Origin: Thermodesulfobacteriota bacterium
GTDB taxonomy: Bacteria > Desulfobacterota > Desulfobaccia > Desulfobaccales > 0-14-0-80-60-11
Length of the DNA: 56,232 nt
Direction: 5' to 3'
Assembly: GCA_040756315.1 (NCBI GenBank)
Contig: JBFLZI010000003.1
Location: forward strand, 1-56,232
The position numbers were made by a program, and so were the translations under genes. The notes beneath the pieces were generated by a model, which saw nothing but the letters and a program-made list of their open reading frames with translations, was not told the origin of the DNA and ran no database searches. The stretch's first letter is position 1. Every line of letters begins with the position of its first letter. Of this stretch, positions 19,430 through 29,335 are shown in pieces.

Positions 19430-20167
19430 TTAAGGGGCAAGGTTGATTTTTGCCATGACCAGTAGAACCCGAAACGCGGCCAGGCGCGTCAACCACGGGG
19501 CCAAAGCCCTCTCCAGACGCAAGATCAACTTGATTAAGCGCTCGGAACGGAGGCCGACCCCCTGAAAGCCGCCGGTCAAGGGATAGGCCAGGGTGGAGAA
19601 GGGGGTGACGGCCATTAAGGCCAGATCGGGATAATGGGCGAGGAAGCGCCTGGCCTGGCCCTTTTTGAAAATCTGGTAGGGTATCATGGCGTTTCCCTGC
19701 CAGGGGTCCTTTGCCCCGCCAAAGGGATTAAAGAGCGGATCAGCCACCTCCCGGCAGTCTTCATGGTGCAGAAAGGTATAAACCCAGCGGCTCACCGGTG
19801 AGATCCAGGGTTCGATAAAGATCAGCCTTCCCTCCGGCCTGAGGACCCGGACGCCTTCCTGAAAAAAGAGTCCCGGGCTGGCAAAATGATGAATGACGTC
19901 CACCCCCACCACATTGGCGAGAGAGGCGTCGGCAAAAGGCAGTCTCTGGGAATCGCAGACCAGATCCAAATGTTTTAGGGGAGTAATATCTGAGGAAATC
20001 AGCCCGGTTAAGGTCTGTTTGAGAAACCCCGGTCCCGCGCCGATTTCTAACGCCGGCCCGGGAACCAGATGTTCTTGAATCCGCTGAAAAATATCCTCCC
20101 GATAGAGCAGACGTAAGGCGGGTTTTTTCTGCCAAACCTCACAGTGCTTAGAGATGATAGGGTCCAA
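19430..20167 (-). CDS. Class I SAM-dependent methyltransferase
   Basis: LEIGAGPG, CDSQRLPFAD, DVIHH and RVLRPEGRLIFIEP motifs. Confidence 0.85.
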   Translation of the reverse strand: MDPIISKHCEVWQKKPALRLLYREDIFQRIQEHLVPGPALEIGAGPGFLKQTLTGLISSDITPLKHLDLVCDSQRLPFADASLANVVGVDVIHHFASPGLFFQEGVRVLRPEGRLIFIEPWISPVSRWVYTFLHHEDCREVADPLFNPFGGAKDPWQGNAMIPYQIFKKGQARRFLAHYPDLALMAVTPFSTLAYPLTGGFQGVGLRSERLIKLILRLERALAPWLTRLAAFRVLLVMAKINLAP

Positions 20168-20263
20168 ATCTTACAATTGGCTCCGCGCACTAAAAAAACT
20201 CAGGCGTTTTTCCGGGGATTTATTACATCTGGCTGAATTAGTAAGGTTTCTCTAATCATCACC

Positions 20264-21697
20264 TTAATCAGCATCCCGCAGCCAGTTGAATTTCAGTTTG
20301 ATGAGGCCGAAAATGACCATCTTTAATAAGATATAACCGTGTCGCCACCGGTCGATATTGGTATTGCCGTAGGTTCTTTCCGTGTAGCGCACCGGCAGGT
20401 CCACAATCTTTAGGTTCAGGTTGGTGGCCCCGAAGAGCAAATCGAAGTCCCCAAAGGGGTCCCAGCCCCGAAAAGACCGGAAACTTTCCTCCATGCGCAG
20501 ATAGTCCCGGCGCCACAATACTTTGGTGCCGCACAAGGTGTCCCGGACGGGTTGATCCAAAATATAGGCAAAACACTTGCCGAAGAAGATATTCCCCAAC
20601 AGGTTCAGGAACCGCATGGCTTTGCCCCGCATGGGATAGACCAGGCGGCTGCCGTTGATGAATTCCGCCTTACCCTGGACCAGGGGCTCCACGAACCTCA
20701 GCAAGGATTCCGGGGGCACCGTCATATCCGCGTCCAGGATCAGGAGGATCTCCCCGCGGGCCTGGGAGAAACCTTTTAACACCGCGTTCTTTTTGCCGTT
20801 GCCGTCCTGGGTCAAAAAGAGAATATTTTTACCCGGGTTGGCCGCCATCACCTGTTGAATGGCCCCCCGGGTATTGTCGGTGGAGCCCCCTTCCACAAAG
20901 ATAATTTCCTGGCCTCCGGGGAACTCCGGTATCCTTTTAATGATTTCCGGGATGTTGCCTTCTTCATTCCTGGCCGGGATGACGATGGAAACCAGGGGAT
21001 AAGGCCTGGCCCCGGCCCCCTGGTTATGGTTCAGCATGGGACGCCCCACCACCATGGAGAGGACTCCCAGGGAGCGGATCAAAGGCAGGTTGGCGATGTA
21101 TTTGTTGATGAAATTGGCGAGGAAGGGAATTCTTAAGGGCATGAGACAGAACATGAAATCCTTGATGATCTGAAAATCGGCCAGTTGCAGGAAGTTTTCG
21201 ATTTCTTTGGGGGGCACCCAGTTCATTTCGGAGGACTTGTTCTTGACGCCGATCAGTTCCGCCAGTTTTATGAAGGGTTGCCAAAGCTTGCGGTAGTAGG
21301 TGACGATCAGGCGGGTATGTTCGTGGCAGAAACGTCTGATCTCCAGCAGGGATTCCAGGATATCCTCCATGAAGCCGATGGAGAAGGAGAGGAGGATATA
21401 ATCAAATTTTTCCCGGCAATCGGCCAGGCCATTATATTCCGAATGAATTCGGATATTAGGGGGATAGGCCACATCGATTACGGGGGCGAAGGGGTCCACG
21501 CCGACGGCCGTCTCACAGTCCAACTTATGGAGAAAGGTGGAAACCCAGGGGCCGATGGCCAGGACTTTGGACCGGGGTGGCACCAGGGATTTGATGCGGT
21601 AATAGTTAATGCTGTGAATATATTGCCCCCACTCCTGCTTTTCCTTTATCTGGGGCAGGTTGGTGGCCACATATTCCTTAAATTCCGGGGTGAACAT
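20264..21697 (-). CDS. GT2 polyprenyl-phosphate glycosyltransferase (Dpm1/GtrB-like) with an N-terminal degenerate methyltransferase-like domain
   Basis: SIVIPARNEEGNI, FVEGGSTDNT, ILDADMTV, GSRLVYPM, DTLCGTK and PVRY.ERTYG motifs. Confidence 0.85.
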   Translation of the reverse strand: MFTPEFKEYVATNLPQIKEKQEWGQYIHSINYYRIKSLVPPRSKVLAIGPWVSTFLHKLDCETAVGVDPFAPVIDVAYPPNIRIHSEYNGLADCREKFDYILLSFSIGFMEDILESLLEIRRFCHEHTRLIVTYYRKLWQPFIKLAELIGVKNKSSEMNWVPPKEIENFLQLADFQIIKDFMFCLMPLRIPFLANFINKYIANLPLIRSLGVLSMVVGRPMLNHNQGAGARPYPLVSIVIPARNEEGNIPEIIKRIPEFPGGQEIIFVEGGSTDNTRGAIQQVMAANPGKNILFLTQDGNGKKNAVLKGFSQARGEILLILDADMTVPPESLLRFVEPLVQGKAEFINGSRLVYPMRGKAMRFLNLLGNIFFGKCFAYILDQPVRDTLCGTKVLWRRDYLRMEESFRSFRGWDPFGDFDLLFGATNLNLKIVDLPVRYTERTYGNTNIDRWRHGYILLKMVIFGLIKLKFNWLRDAD

Positions 21698-21806
21698 GGA
21701 TGTCTCTCTTGGCGTATTTGCTGACTAGATTCCCTCTGAGCCGTTAACTTAAAGATTTCCCCGCTTTTACCTCAATAGCGGCGGGCCAAAGTGTCTGGGG
21801 TCCCGC

Positions 21807-23291
21807 TCACTGCCTCACCCCGCCCCGGTGCTCCTTAAACATGCCCGCTTCCTTCATAACTTCATACATGCGCTCGGCCACGATGGTGTTCCCCGGTGTC
21901 TGTCGGTAATGGACCACGTCCACGAATAAATCCGCCATTTCCTCCCGCATAGAGGAGAGATCTTGGAAGACCCGCAGGCTATTATTTCCTCGGGAGAGTT
22001 TCTGGAAGCGCAAAGCCGCTTCGTTATAGAGTTTGAGTAGGAGCTTTACATCAGGCCTGGCAGGATCGTTATGCTTGGGGGAAAAGGGCTGGAGGAACAG
22101 GGCGGCCTTAATATTGTAGGCGTTGGCGATGACCGCCATCTTTTGGATATTTTCGAAATAATTGTCCAAGATCATGGGCATGACCTTATCCACACTGGGA
22201 ACCTGGATATTCAACTCTCGATAATACTCATCCACCACCCAACTTGGCCGGACCCTTTTCAAAAACTCCCAAAAAGGAGATAAGAGGGCGTCAACCAGAT
22301 GAGGCTTGGAAGCAAATTTGTAGTACCGGTATTCTTCCACGATATAATCAGAGGGATATCCCGGGCGCCGATCATAGCCGTTTATGGGCAGGAACAAATC
22401 GTTGAATCCGTCAAAAACCACCAACAAGTCTATATTCCGGGGAAGAACATGCCAGATGAGCTGCGCCAATTCCTGTCCGGAAACCCCGGAAGGGAGCCCG
22501 GCGTTAAGGTAAGTCACGGTCTTGTTTCTCAGACTGGGTTCGCGGTTCTTCAATACCTGGGCAAGATGAGCCGGCGTGGTGTCAACATGCGTGTCGCCGC
22601 AGAATACCATAGAGCCACCCAGCATGGCGATCCTAAATTCTCCTGGTTTCTTCTCTTGGGGAATCTCAGGGGAAAAGAATCCCCAGGAGTTGATAATATT
22701 AGATTCCCCTATGAACCGGGGGAAGGCTGCCAGCAATAAATATAGGTTCAAACTGGCTGTCTCGTCGGGGGAAAGCTTCTTGGGGCTAGTTTCTACCATT
22801 TCTACCAGACAGCGAAATTTTTCTGGCAACTCCACGCCGGAGAAATATTCTCTCTTATAAAATTCGGGGAGGAAAATAATCCGGTTGAACCAACCTATAA
22901 ACTCTCTGGGATCGCTTTCTTGTAACTTGGATTCCTTGGCAATTACGTCGATGCGCCCTTGCAGCTTTGCAGGCATTAGTTCCAAAAGCCTGAGACCTGG
23001 ATTGGGGTGGGGATTCCCCCGAGATGCAGAAAGATCTTGACATAAACCTATGAAGTCTTTGAAACCAGTAATCCGATTGGGCACAGGGCGGAACATTACA
23101 TAGGGACTCCGAGCCTTGTAGTCATTAATATGCATTCCCCCCTGCTTTTCCATGTCCCTTTCCCAATCCGACTTGGGGCTGGGCATAACCCGGTGAAAGA
23201 TAATCAACCCGGCCACCAAACACACGACCAGGAGGATATTTTCAAAAATAATCAGCAGGACGTAAAACCAGGTTTGGCGTTTATCCGTCAA
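21807..23291 (-). CDS. Membrane-anchored SGNH/GDSL hydrolase-fold protein (possible glycan O-acyl transferase or esterase)
   Basis: N-terminal TM; INSWGF...K.PGEFRIAMLGGS, NAGLP, FDGFND and FVDVVH blocks. Confidence 0.75.
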   Translation of the reverse strand: MTDKRQTWFYVLLIIFENILLVVCLVAGLIIFHRVMPSPKSDWERDMEKQGGMHINDYKARSPYVMFRPVPNRITGFKDFIGLCQDLSASRGNPHPNPGLRLLELMPAKLQGRIDVIAKESKLQESDPREFIGWFNRIIFLPEFYKREYFSGVELPEKFRCLVEMVETSPKKLSPDETASLNLYLLLAAFPRFIGESNIINSWGFFSPEIPQEKKPGEFRIAMLGGSMVFCGDTHVDTTPAHLAQVLKNREPSLRNKTVTYLNAGLPSGVSGQELAQLIWHVLPRNIDLLVVFDGFNDLFLPINGYDRRPGYPSDYIVEEYRYYKFASKPHLVDALLSPFWEFLKRVRPSWVVDEYYRELNIQVPSVDKVMPMILDNYFENIQKMAVIANAYNIKAALFLQPFSPKHNDPARPDVKLLLKLYNEAALRFQKLSRGNNSLRVFQDLSSMREEMADLFVDVVHYRQTPGNTIVAERMYEVMKEAGMFKEHRGGVRQ

Positions 23292-23493
23292 AATTCCCCA
23301 CCGCCTCCAATAATCCTAACCTTTAACCCAATCCTCCTAGCCAAGTCAAGAGCAGCATATCCTAAAATACTTGCAGGTTCTTTATCACCAATCTTGCCCC
23401 GGAACCGGCCAGGGAGAGATATGTTTGCCTCAGTCCGGCAGCACAATCCAGAGTGGCGGGGTGGTCACACGGACCTGAAGGTTTCAGGGAGGA

Positions 23494-24933
23494 TCAGTGC
23501 GTGGTGACATCTTTGTCCCGGGCCATCAGGGAGTTGGCCAGGATGCCCAGCGCGCCTTTGGCCAGGCGCTGGAATTCATGGAGGGATTGCAGCTTCTTAA
23601 AACGCTTCCAGATAATTCGGGGGCGAAAGAAGAACCGGCGGTAAGCTTCAGCCACCAGGCCGGAGGCCTCGGCCCGGTCGATCTCCGTATCGATGAGCTC
23701 AATCAACCGTTCCTTAGCCGGGTCCTTGGTGTATTCCCCCCAATAGTCTTCCAAACCCCGCTCCCGGTAATAATCATAGATTGCCGTTTCCGTCACCGGC
23801 AAGAGCACGGTGAATTGGGCGTAATCCAGGGGCAGTTTCAGGGCAAAGCGGATGGTCTCCCGGGCCGTCTGGTGGGTTTCCCCCGGAAAACCGAACATGA
23901 AGAAGCCCAGGATATCTATGCCGATTTTCTTGGTATATTCCACCACTTCTATCACCCGGGCAATGGAGATCCCTTTGTTCATGCGTTTCAGAATCTCTGG
24001 GTTGCTGGATTCGATGCCGTACATAATGGTGTGGCAACCTGCCGCCTTGAGGGCGTCCAGCATATCTTTGCTGACCACGTCCACCCGGCTTCTGGCGCTA
24101 AAGCCGATGTCCAGGTTCTGTCGCTGCAGTTCTTCACAGACCCGGAGCACCAACTTTTTGTTGGCCGTGAAGGTCGAGTCGTAAATATCAAAATCTCTGA
24201 TCTTAAATTCCTGATAATTCCGGACCACCTCCTCAATAAAATTTTGGGGAGACCGGGTCCGGTAGGCTTGCAGGTTCTGGTTGCAGAAGGCGCACTTAAA
24301 CGGGCATCCCCGGGTGGAAATAAACGCGGTAAAATTCTTTTTCCGGGTGAGGATATTTTCATAGAGTTCGTTTTTGATGAGGTGGCGGGCCGGGAAGGGC
24401 ACGGTATCGATATCCTTGATGGCCTGCCGGGTTTTGTCGATGACCACCCGGCCATTCTCCCGGTAGCCCAGAGATTTGATTCCCTGAAATTTTCCCCCCT
24501 GCTTGAAGGCCCGGATAAATTGGGGCAGGGGAATCTCGGCCTCGCCGACGATGCAGAAATCGATCTCGGGGTGGACCATGCTTTCTTCGGGATATAACTT
24601 GATATGTTCACCCCCCACCAGTATGGGCAGGCCGGTATCCTTTTTGAATTGCTTGATCCAGCGGAGCACGGGATGGAAACTTGGAGTGGTGGTGGTGAAG
24701 CCCAGCAGATCCGGGGAAAAGGCCCTGAGCCGGTCCAGGGCTTGCGGATACGTCAGTTGTTCGGCGGCCATGTCGATGAGCTCAACCTGCACCTTCTCTT
24801 GTTCCAAGAGAGCCGCCACATAGAGCAAGCTTAAAGGTGGAATGGAACCGATGCTCTCATCCCGGAAAACCAGCTCTCTAAAATTGGGATTTAGCTGATT
24901 CGGGGTGAAGACCAGGGTTACTTTCAACGCCAC
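23494..24933 (-). CDS. Cobalamin-binding domain radical SAM protein
   Basis: PPLSLLYVAA, ILVGGEH, IVGEAE (B12-binding domain); TRGCPFKCAFC; GIES; FMFGFPGET. Confidence 0.9.
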   Translation of the reverse strand: MALKVTLVFTPNQLNPNFRELVFRDESIGSIPPLSLLYVAALLEQEKVQVELIDMAAEQLTYPQALDRLRAFSPDLLGFTTTTPSFHPVLRWIKQFKKDTGLPILVGGEHIKLYPEESMVHPEIDFCIVGEAEIPLPQFIRAFKQGGKFQGIKSLGYRENGRVVIDKTRQAIKDIDTVPFPARHLIKNELYENILTRKKNFTAFISTRGCPFKCAFCNQNLQAYRTRSPQNFIEEVVRNYQEFKIRDFDIYDSTFTANKKLVLRVCEELQRQNLDIGFSARSRVDVVSKDMLDALKAAGCHTIMYGIESSNPEILKRMNKGISIARVIEVVEYTKKIGIDILGFFMFGFPGETHQTARETIRFALKLPLDYAQFTVLLPVTETAIYDYYRERGLEDYWGEYTKDPAKERLIELIDTEIDRAEASGLVAEAYRRFFFRPRIIWKRFKKLQSLHEFQRLAKGALGILANSLMARDKDVTTH

Positions 24934-25456
24934 TCTCCGTAAACCAATGGCAATATCAGGGTTAATTATAAAAAAGATTAAATGGCAATTAACGACACAA
25001 TATATTAAAACAATATAACTGCTCTTTTAATACCCGACGCTGGACATTCTTGTCCTCTCATCTTAAAGCGATTATTCAACGGAACCGGAGTAAGTAGAAA
25101 ACACCCAGAGGAAGTCAAAACGCTTTAGGAGTTTTATTTTGCTTCAGGTATTCCGAAACAATTAGAAAGCTCGTTCCCAGGCAGCTTAGCCAGAGGCAAA
25201 GATTCCCGGAAAGTTTGTCTGCCAGCCCGCCGGAGCAAAATTATTATAGCAAAAAAATATTTTTCTAGACTAAAATAAATTTGTTTTTGAGCCATCCTGC
25301 CTTGACTGGCTCTTCGCCGGGGGAAATTCGCGGTACGCCGCGGCCGAGAGTCACTCTTTTGCGCTGGCTCTAACAAGCTGACGCAGCAAGCAGTCTCCCT
25401 CCCCCAGGGTGCAGACTTGGTAAGACTAATTCTGAGAAGACCTTAGAACCACGGGA

Positions 25457-26215
25457 ATGCCCGAATCACTCCAAGCAGAACAGGAAATCGCCCATGGCCG
25501 GATGCTGGCTCAAGGCGATACGGAACTGACCTGGGGTTGGGGGACCCCGGCCGGCCAAATCCGGGCCAGACGCCGGGCGGCTCTAATTGCACAATATGCC
25601 GGACTGGGGCCGGGGGTGCGGGCCCTGGAAATCGGCTGCGGCACCGGGCTGTTTACCGAGATGTTCGCCCAGACCGGAGCCCGATTGGTGGCCCTGGATA
25701 TCTCAGAGGATTTGCTGGAGAAAGCCTTCTCCCGTAATCTTCCCCCTGAGAGGGTAAAATTTATCGCCGGCCGCCTGGAGGATTACCGGGGAGAGGCTCT
25801 CTTTGATGCGGTTATCGGCTCCTCCATCCTGCATCACCTTGACCTAAGGTTAGCCCTGCCCCGGATTTATGCCTTGCTCAAGCCCGGAGGGCGGATAGGT
25901 TTTGCTGAGCCTAACCTGCTTAATCCCCAGGTGTTTATCGAACGCCGATTCGCCTGGTATCGGCCCTGGTTCTGGTATGTGTCTCCGGACGAGACCGCGT
26001 TCGTGCGGTGGCGCCTGGCCGGTCGTTTGCAGCAAGCCGGGTTCGCCGATCTGGCCATAACCCCCTTCGATTGGCTGCACCCGGCCATCCCGGAGTCCCT
26101 GATTGCGCCAGCCATGTCCCTGGGCCGTCTTCTGGAGAAATTGCCCCTGATCAAGGAATTTGCCGGGTCTTTGTGCATCTCCGGACGCCGGCCCCCGGGG
26201 AGGGGAGGCAAGTAG
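25457..26215 (+). CDS. Class I SAM-dependent methyltransferase
   Basis: LEIGCGTG, ALDIS, SILHHL and LKPGGR.GFAEPN motifs. Confidence 0.88.
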   Translation: MPESLQAEQEIAHGRMLAQGDTELTWGWGTPAGQIRARRRAALIAQYAGLGPGVRALEIGCGTGLFTEMFAQTGARLVALDISEDLLEKAFSRNLPPERVKFIAGRLEDYRGEALFDAVIGSSILHHLDLRLALPRIYALLKPGGRIGFAEPNLLNPQVFIERRFAWYRPWFWYVSPDETAFVRWRLAGRLQQAGFADLAITPFDWLHPAIPESLIAPAMSLGRLLEKLPLIKEFAGSLCISGRRPPGRGGK

Positions 26216-26482
26216 GGGGGCGGCGGAACCGGGGGTTCTAACACCTCCTCCCTCAATCCCTTCAGGGGTTTTCAAGGTCGGTCGGGGCCGGAGCCTTAGG
26301 CTCCCGGCCCCATCCAACCCCTAAGCGGGTGGGGAGGGGATAATTGTATTTAACGATTACTCTTGACAATCGCCCCGGTCAAGGTAATAGCTAAGACCAG
26401 GCATGACTCCGGAGATGATCAGCCGTGATGCTTGGGGGCGTCGCCCAGGAAGGGTGGCCGCGGCAAAGGGCGTGGGTTCAGG

Positions 26483-29248
26483 ATGATTACCAAAGTATTG
26501 CAAGAGGTTGACCCGGCCAAATGGCAGGAGCATCTTTATGGTCTGCCCCCGGGGCGCTGGGCGTCACTTCGGGGGAAGAGTTTCTGGGTAACCGGGGCCG
26601 GCACCGGTTATGGCCGGGCCCTGGCCTGCGCCTTGGCCGCGGCCGGCTGCCAGGTCTTTTTAACCGGCCGGCGGCAAGACAAGTTGTTGGAAACGATTAA
26701 AGAGATATCCGCCTTACAGATTGATCCCAGCCATTGTCAGATAATTGCCGCGGATCTTACCAACCCTGAAGAGATCAACAGGGCTTGCGACCGGGTTAAG
26801 GAATTATGCCAGGGGTTGCATGGCCTGATCAACAATGCCGCTATTCCCGGGCGACCGGGGAGCCTCCACCCTTTGCAGGAGGACCCTCTGGAATATTGGC
26901 AGAAAATGGTGGCTATCAACGTTACCGCGCCCTGGCTGATCACCCGGGAGATCTTCCCCCACCTCCTGGCCAGCGGCCAGGTCCGGGTGCTCTTTATCAC
27001 CTCCGGGGCCGGTTGGGCCGCCACTCCCGGTTACGGTCTCTATAATGTCTCCAAGGCCGCGCTGAACAGCCTGGCCCATTCCCTGGCCCAAGAATACGCG
27101 AGCTCATACCGGGAAGCGGACATTCAGATCAATGCCTTGGATCCGGGGGAAGCCAGAACCGAAATGAACCAGGGCTCCAACCAAAGCCCCTACGCCGTGG
27201 CGAGCATGGCCCTGCTCTTGTTGTCTCAGCCTCCCGGGGGCCCCAATGGCCGGTTCTTTCACCGGGACGGACGGCATCTGGAATTTGGAGACACGGCCCC
27301 GTATCGACTGCCTTTAACCGAGGCCCGGCGAGAGGAAGCCAAGGACTTCGCCGACCTGGTGGATTCCTGGGATAACCGAGCCGGGATGCAGCTTCCCACC
27401 CTGGTGAAAGAGGGTTATCTCGGCTATAACATAGTTCTCTGTAATTCGGTTTATTATGCCATTTCCCAGAACATCGGGCGGATAGACCTGCACCTGCTTA
27501 ATTTGGCGGAGTATCAGCGACTTAGAGAGAACAAGCATCTGCTGGTTGCCCCGTCCCGGCGGGGAATCAATAATGAGATCCGGAAAGAAGCGCTGCGCCG
27601 GAATAAAGCTAAGTTAAATTTGCTGGTTAGCCGACTGCTGACCTCCTTGCCGTCATCTTTGCAATTTAAGTTGCATAGAGTTATCCATCGACTTGATTCA
27701 TCGTTTTATCCCGTTATCATTCCCGGGATTGATTTTCGCCCGCACCAGGACCTGATCCTGCTGGAACTTCCCCCCCGGTACATGCCCATGATGCCCAACG
27801 GGGTGGGTTATGTTCATAATATCCTCAAGGGCACCGGCATCCAATTTCAGACCCTGGACCTGAATATCATTTGCTATCATCGGTTCCATGCCCGGAGGAT
27901 TCAAGGCAACCAGGAAGAGATCACTCTCCCCTCCGGTTATGTGGTGCCGAAGGACCCCTGGGACCTGGTAAACACGGAGAAATGGAGCGAACCGGAAATG
28001 ATCGCCTATTTCCGGCCCCAAATTGAGGAGATCGTCAAGGCCTTAATTGAGGCCAAACCCAAGATCATCGGTCTCTCCCTGAACGGCCTCAATTTAAAGG
28101 TGGCGGCAGAGGTGGTCAAGGGGGTCAGGGCCGGATTGCCGGAGGTCATTATCCTGGTGGGCGGCCATTCCTGTGTTTATCCCACAGTGGGCCCCTGGCT
28201 CTTTCCCCACTTTGATTATATGGTGATCGGGGAAGCGGAACTCACTTTAGAGCCGCTGCTGAAAGAGTTGCTGGCCGGGAAGCGGCCCCGGGACCTGCCG
28301 GGGATAATTTCCCGGTACGACACTCCCGGGCGGGTCTGGGACCCCGGGCCGCTCTTAGAAGACCTGGACTCCCTTGACTTCCCCCGCTATGATTGGACAA
28401 ATCTTAACGTTTATCGCTCGTACGACGGCTATCAACTCACGCCCATTGCCGCCAGCCGGGGCTGCCGTTGGTCTAAGTGCAATTTTTGCGGGGAATGTTT
28501 TCGCTGGCGCGGGCGCTCCCCCAAGAAGGTGGCGGATGAGATTGAGTGGCTGGCCCACCGGGGCTGCTACCTCTTCCACTTCAATGAGAGCGACGCTAAT
28601 GGCGATCCTCAAGCCCTGATGGAAATTTGCGATGAAATTATCAGGCGCCGGCTTAAGGTGTCGCTTGTGGGTCAGTTACGCATCGACAAGCGGAGCAATT
28701 GGGAATTCTTCCAAAAATTGCGCCAGGGGGGGTTCGTCTCCTTGCGCTTTGGGGTGGACGGCTGGTCCAGCCACACCCTGCGCTTGCAGCGGAAGGGTTA
28801 TACCATGGCCATGGTGAAGCAGAACCTCCGGGACTGCTATGAGGCGGGCATCTCCGTGGCGGTTAACGTCCTGATCGGCGTTCCGGGGGAAACGGAAGAG
28901 GACATCCAGGAGACCATTGAAAACCTCCTTCGGTGCAAAAACCATATCCATTTGGTGGAAGGCATCAATTCCTTGCTACTGGTGCATGGCAGCGAGTACT
29001 ACAACCACCCGGAGAAGCACAACATTCATTTTCGCGGCAATAAAGAGGAAATCTATCAACAGCACCGCAACGCCATCCCCCCCGAACTCTGGTACAGCAC
29101 TGGTCCCTATATCGACCACGAAATTCGCGTGCAGCGCCTGAAGACCATTCATGCCGCGTTAATCGAAAACGGGATGATCACTTCTCCTTATGTAGAGTTC
29201 ACCGTGGATAAGAGAAAGAGCGAAGTCGAATGTCTGGCCCCTGGATGA
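26483..29248 (+). CDS. Fusion of a short-chain dehydrogenase/reductase with a cobalamin-dependent radical SAM enzyme
   Basis: SDR motifs TGAGTGYG, NNAA, Y...SK and DPG; then a B12 domain (ILVGGH, IGEAE) and ASRGCRWSKCNFC, LIGVPGET. Start taken at ATG 26483 (the ORF track uses TTG 26432). Confidence 0.85.
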   Translation: MITKVLQEVDPAKWQEHLYGLPPGRWASLRGKSFWVTGAGTGYGRALACALAAAGCQVFLTGRRQDKLLETIKEISALQIDPSHCQIIAADLTNPEEINRACDRVKELCQGLHGLINNAAIPGRPGSLHPLQEDPLEYWQKMVAINVTAPWLITREIFPHLLASGQVRVLFITSGAGWAATPGYGLYNVSKAALNSLAHSLAQEYASSYREADIQINALDPGEARTEMNQGSNQSPYAVASMALLLLSQPPGGPNGRFFHRDGRHLEFGDTAPYRLPLTEARREEAKDFADLVDSWDNRAGMQLPTLVKEGYLGYNIVLCNSVYYAISQNIGRIDLHLLNLAEYQRLRENKHLLVAPSRRGINNEIRKEALRRNKAKLNLLVSRLLTSLPSSLQFKLHRVIHRLDSSFYPVIIPGIDFRPHQDLILLELPPRYMPMMPNGVGYVHNILKGTGIQFQTLDLNIICYHRFHARRIQGNQEEITLPSGYVVPKDPWDLVNTEKWSEPEMIAYFRPQIEEIVKALIEAKPKIIGLSLNGLNLKVAAEVVKGVRAGLPEVIILVGGHSCVYPTVGPWLFPHFDYMVIGEAELTLEPLLKELLAGKRPRDLPGIISRYDTPGRVWDPGPLLEDLDSLDFPRYDWTNLNVYRSYDGYQLTPIAASRGCRWSKCNFCGECFRWRGRSPKKVADEIEWLAHRGCYLFHFNESDANGDPQALMEICDEIIRRRLKVSLVGQLRIDKRSNWEFFQKLRQGGFVSLRFGVDGWSSHTLRLQRKGYTMAMVKQNLRDCYEAGISVAVNVLIGVPGETEEDIQETIENLLRCKNHIHLVEGINSLLLVHGSEYYNHPEKHNIHFRGNKEEIYQQHRNAIPPELWYSTGPYIDHEIRVQRLKTIHAALIENGMITSPYVEFTVDKRKSEVECLAPG

Positions 29249-29335
29249 GCCGGGTGCTCCCTTTTTTTTTCGCCGGGTCCGGGACCGCGCTCCCTTGAAG
29301 CCGGCGCCCGGGGGAGGGCGCCCAAGGTCTAGCTT

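Noticed and set aside
24934-25456. AT-rich divergent intergenic region and 80 aa ORF 25134-25376
   Set aside because: It probably holds divergent promoters, but I could not fix convincing elements. The ORF has no SD or family features.
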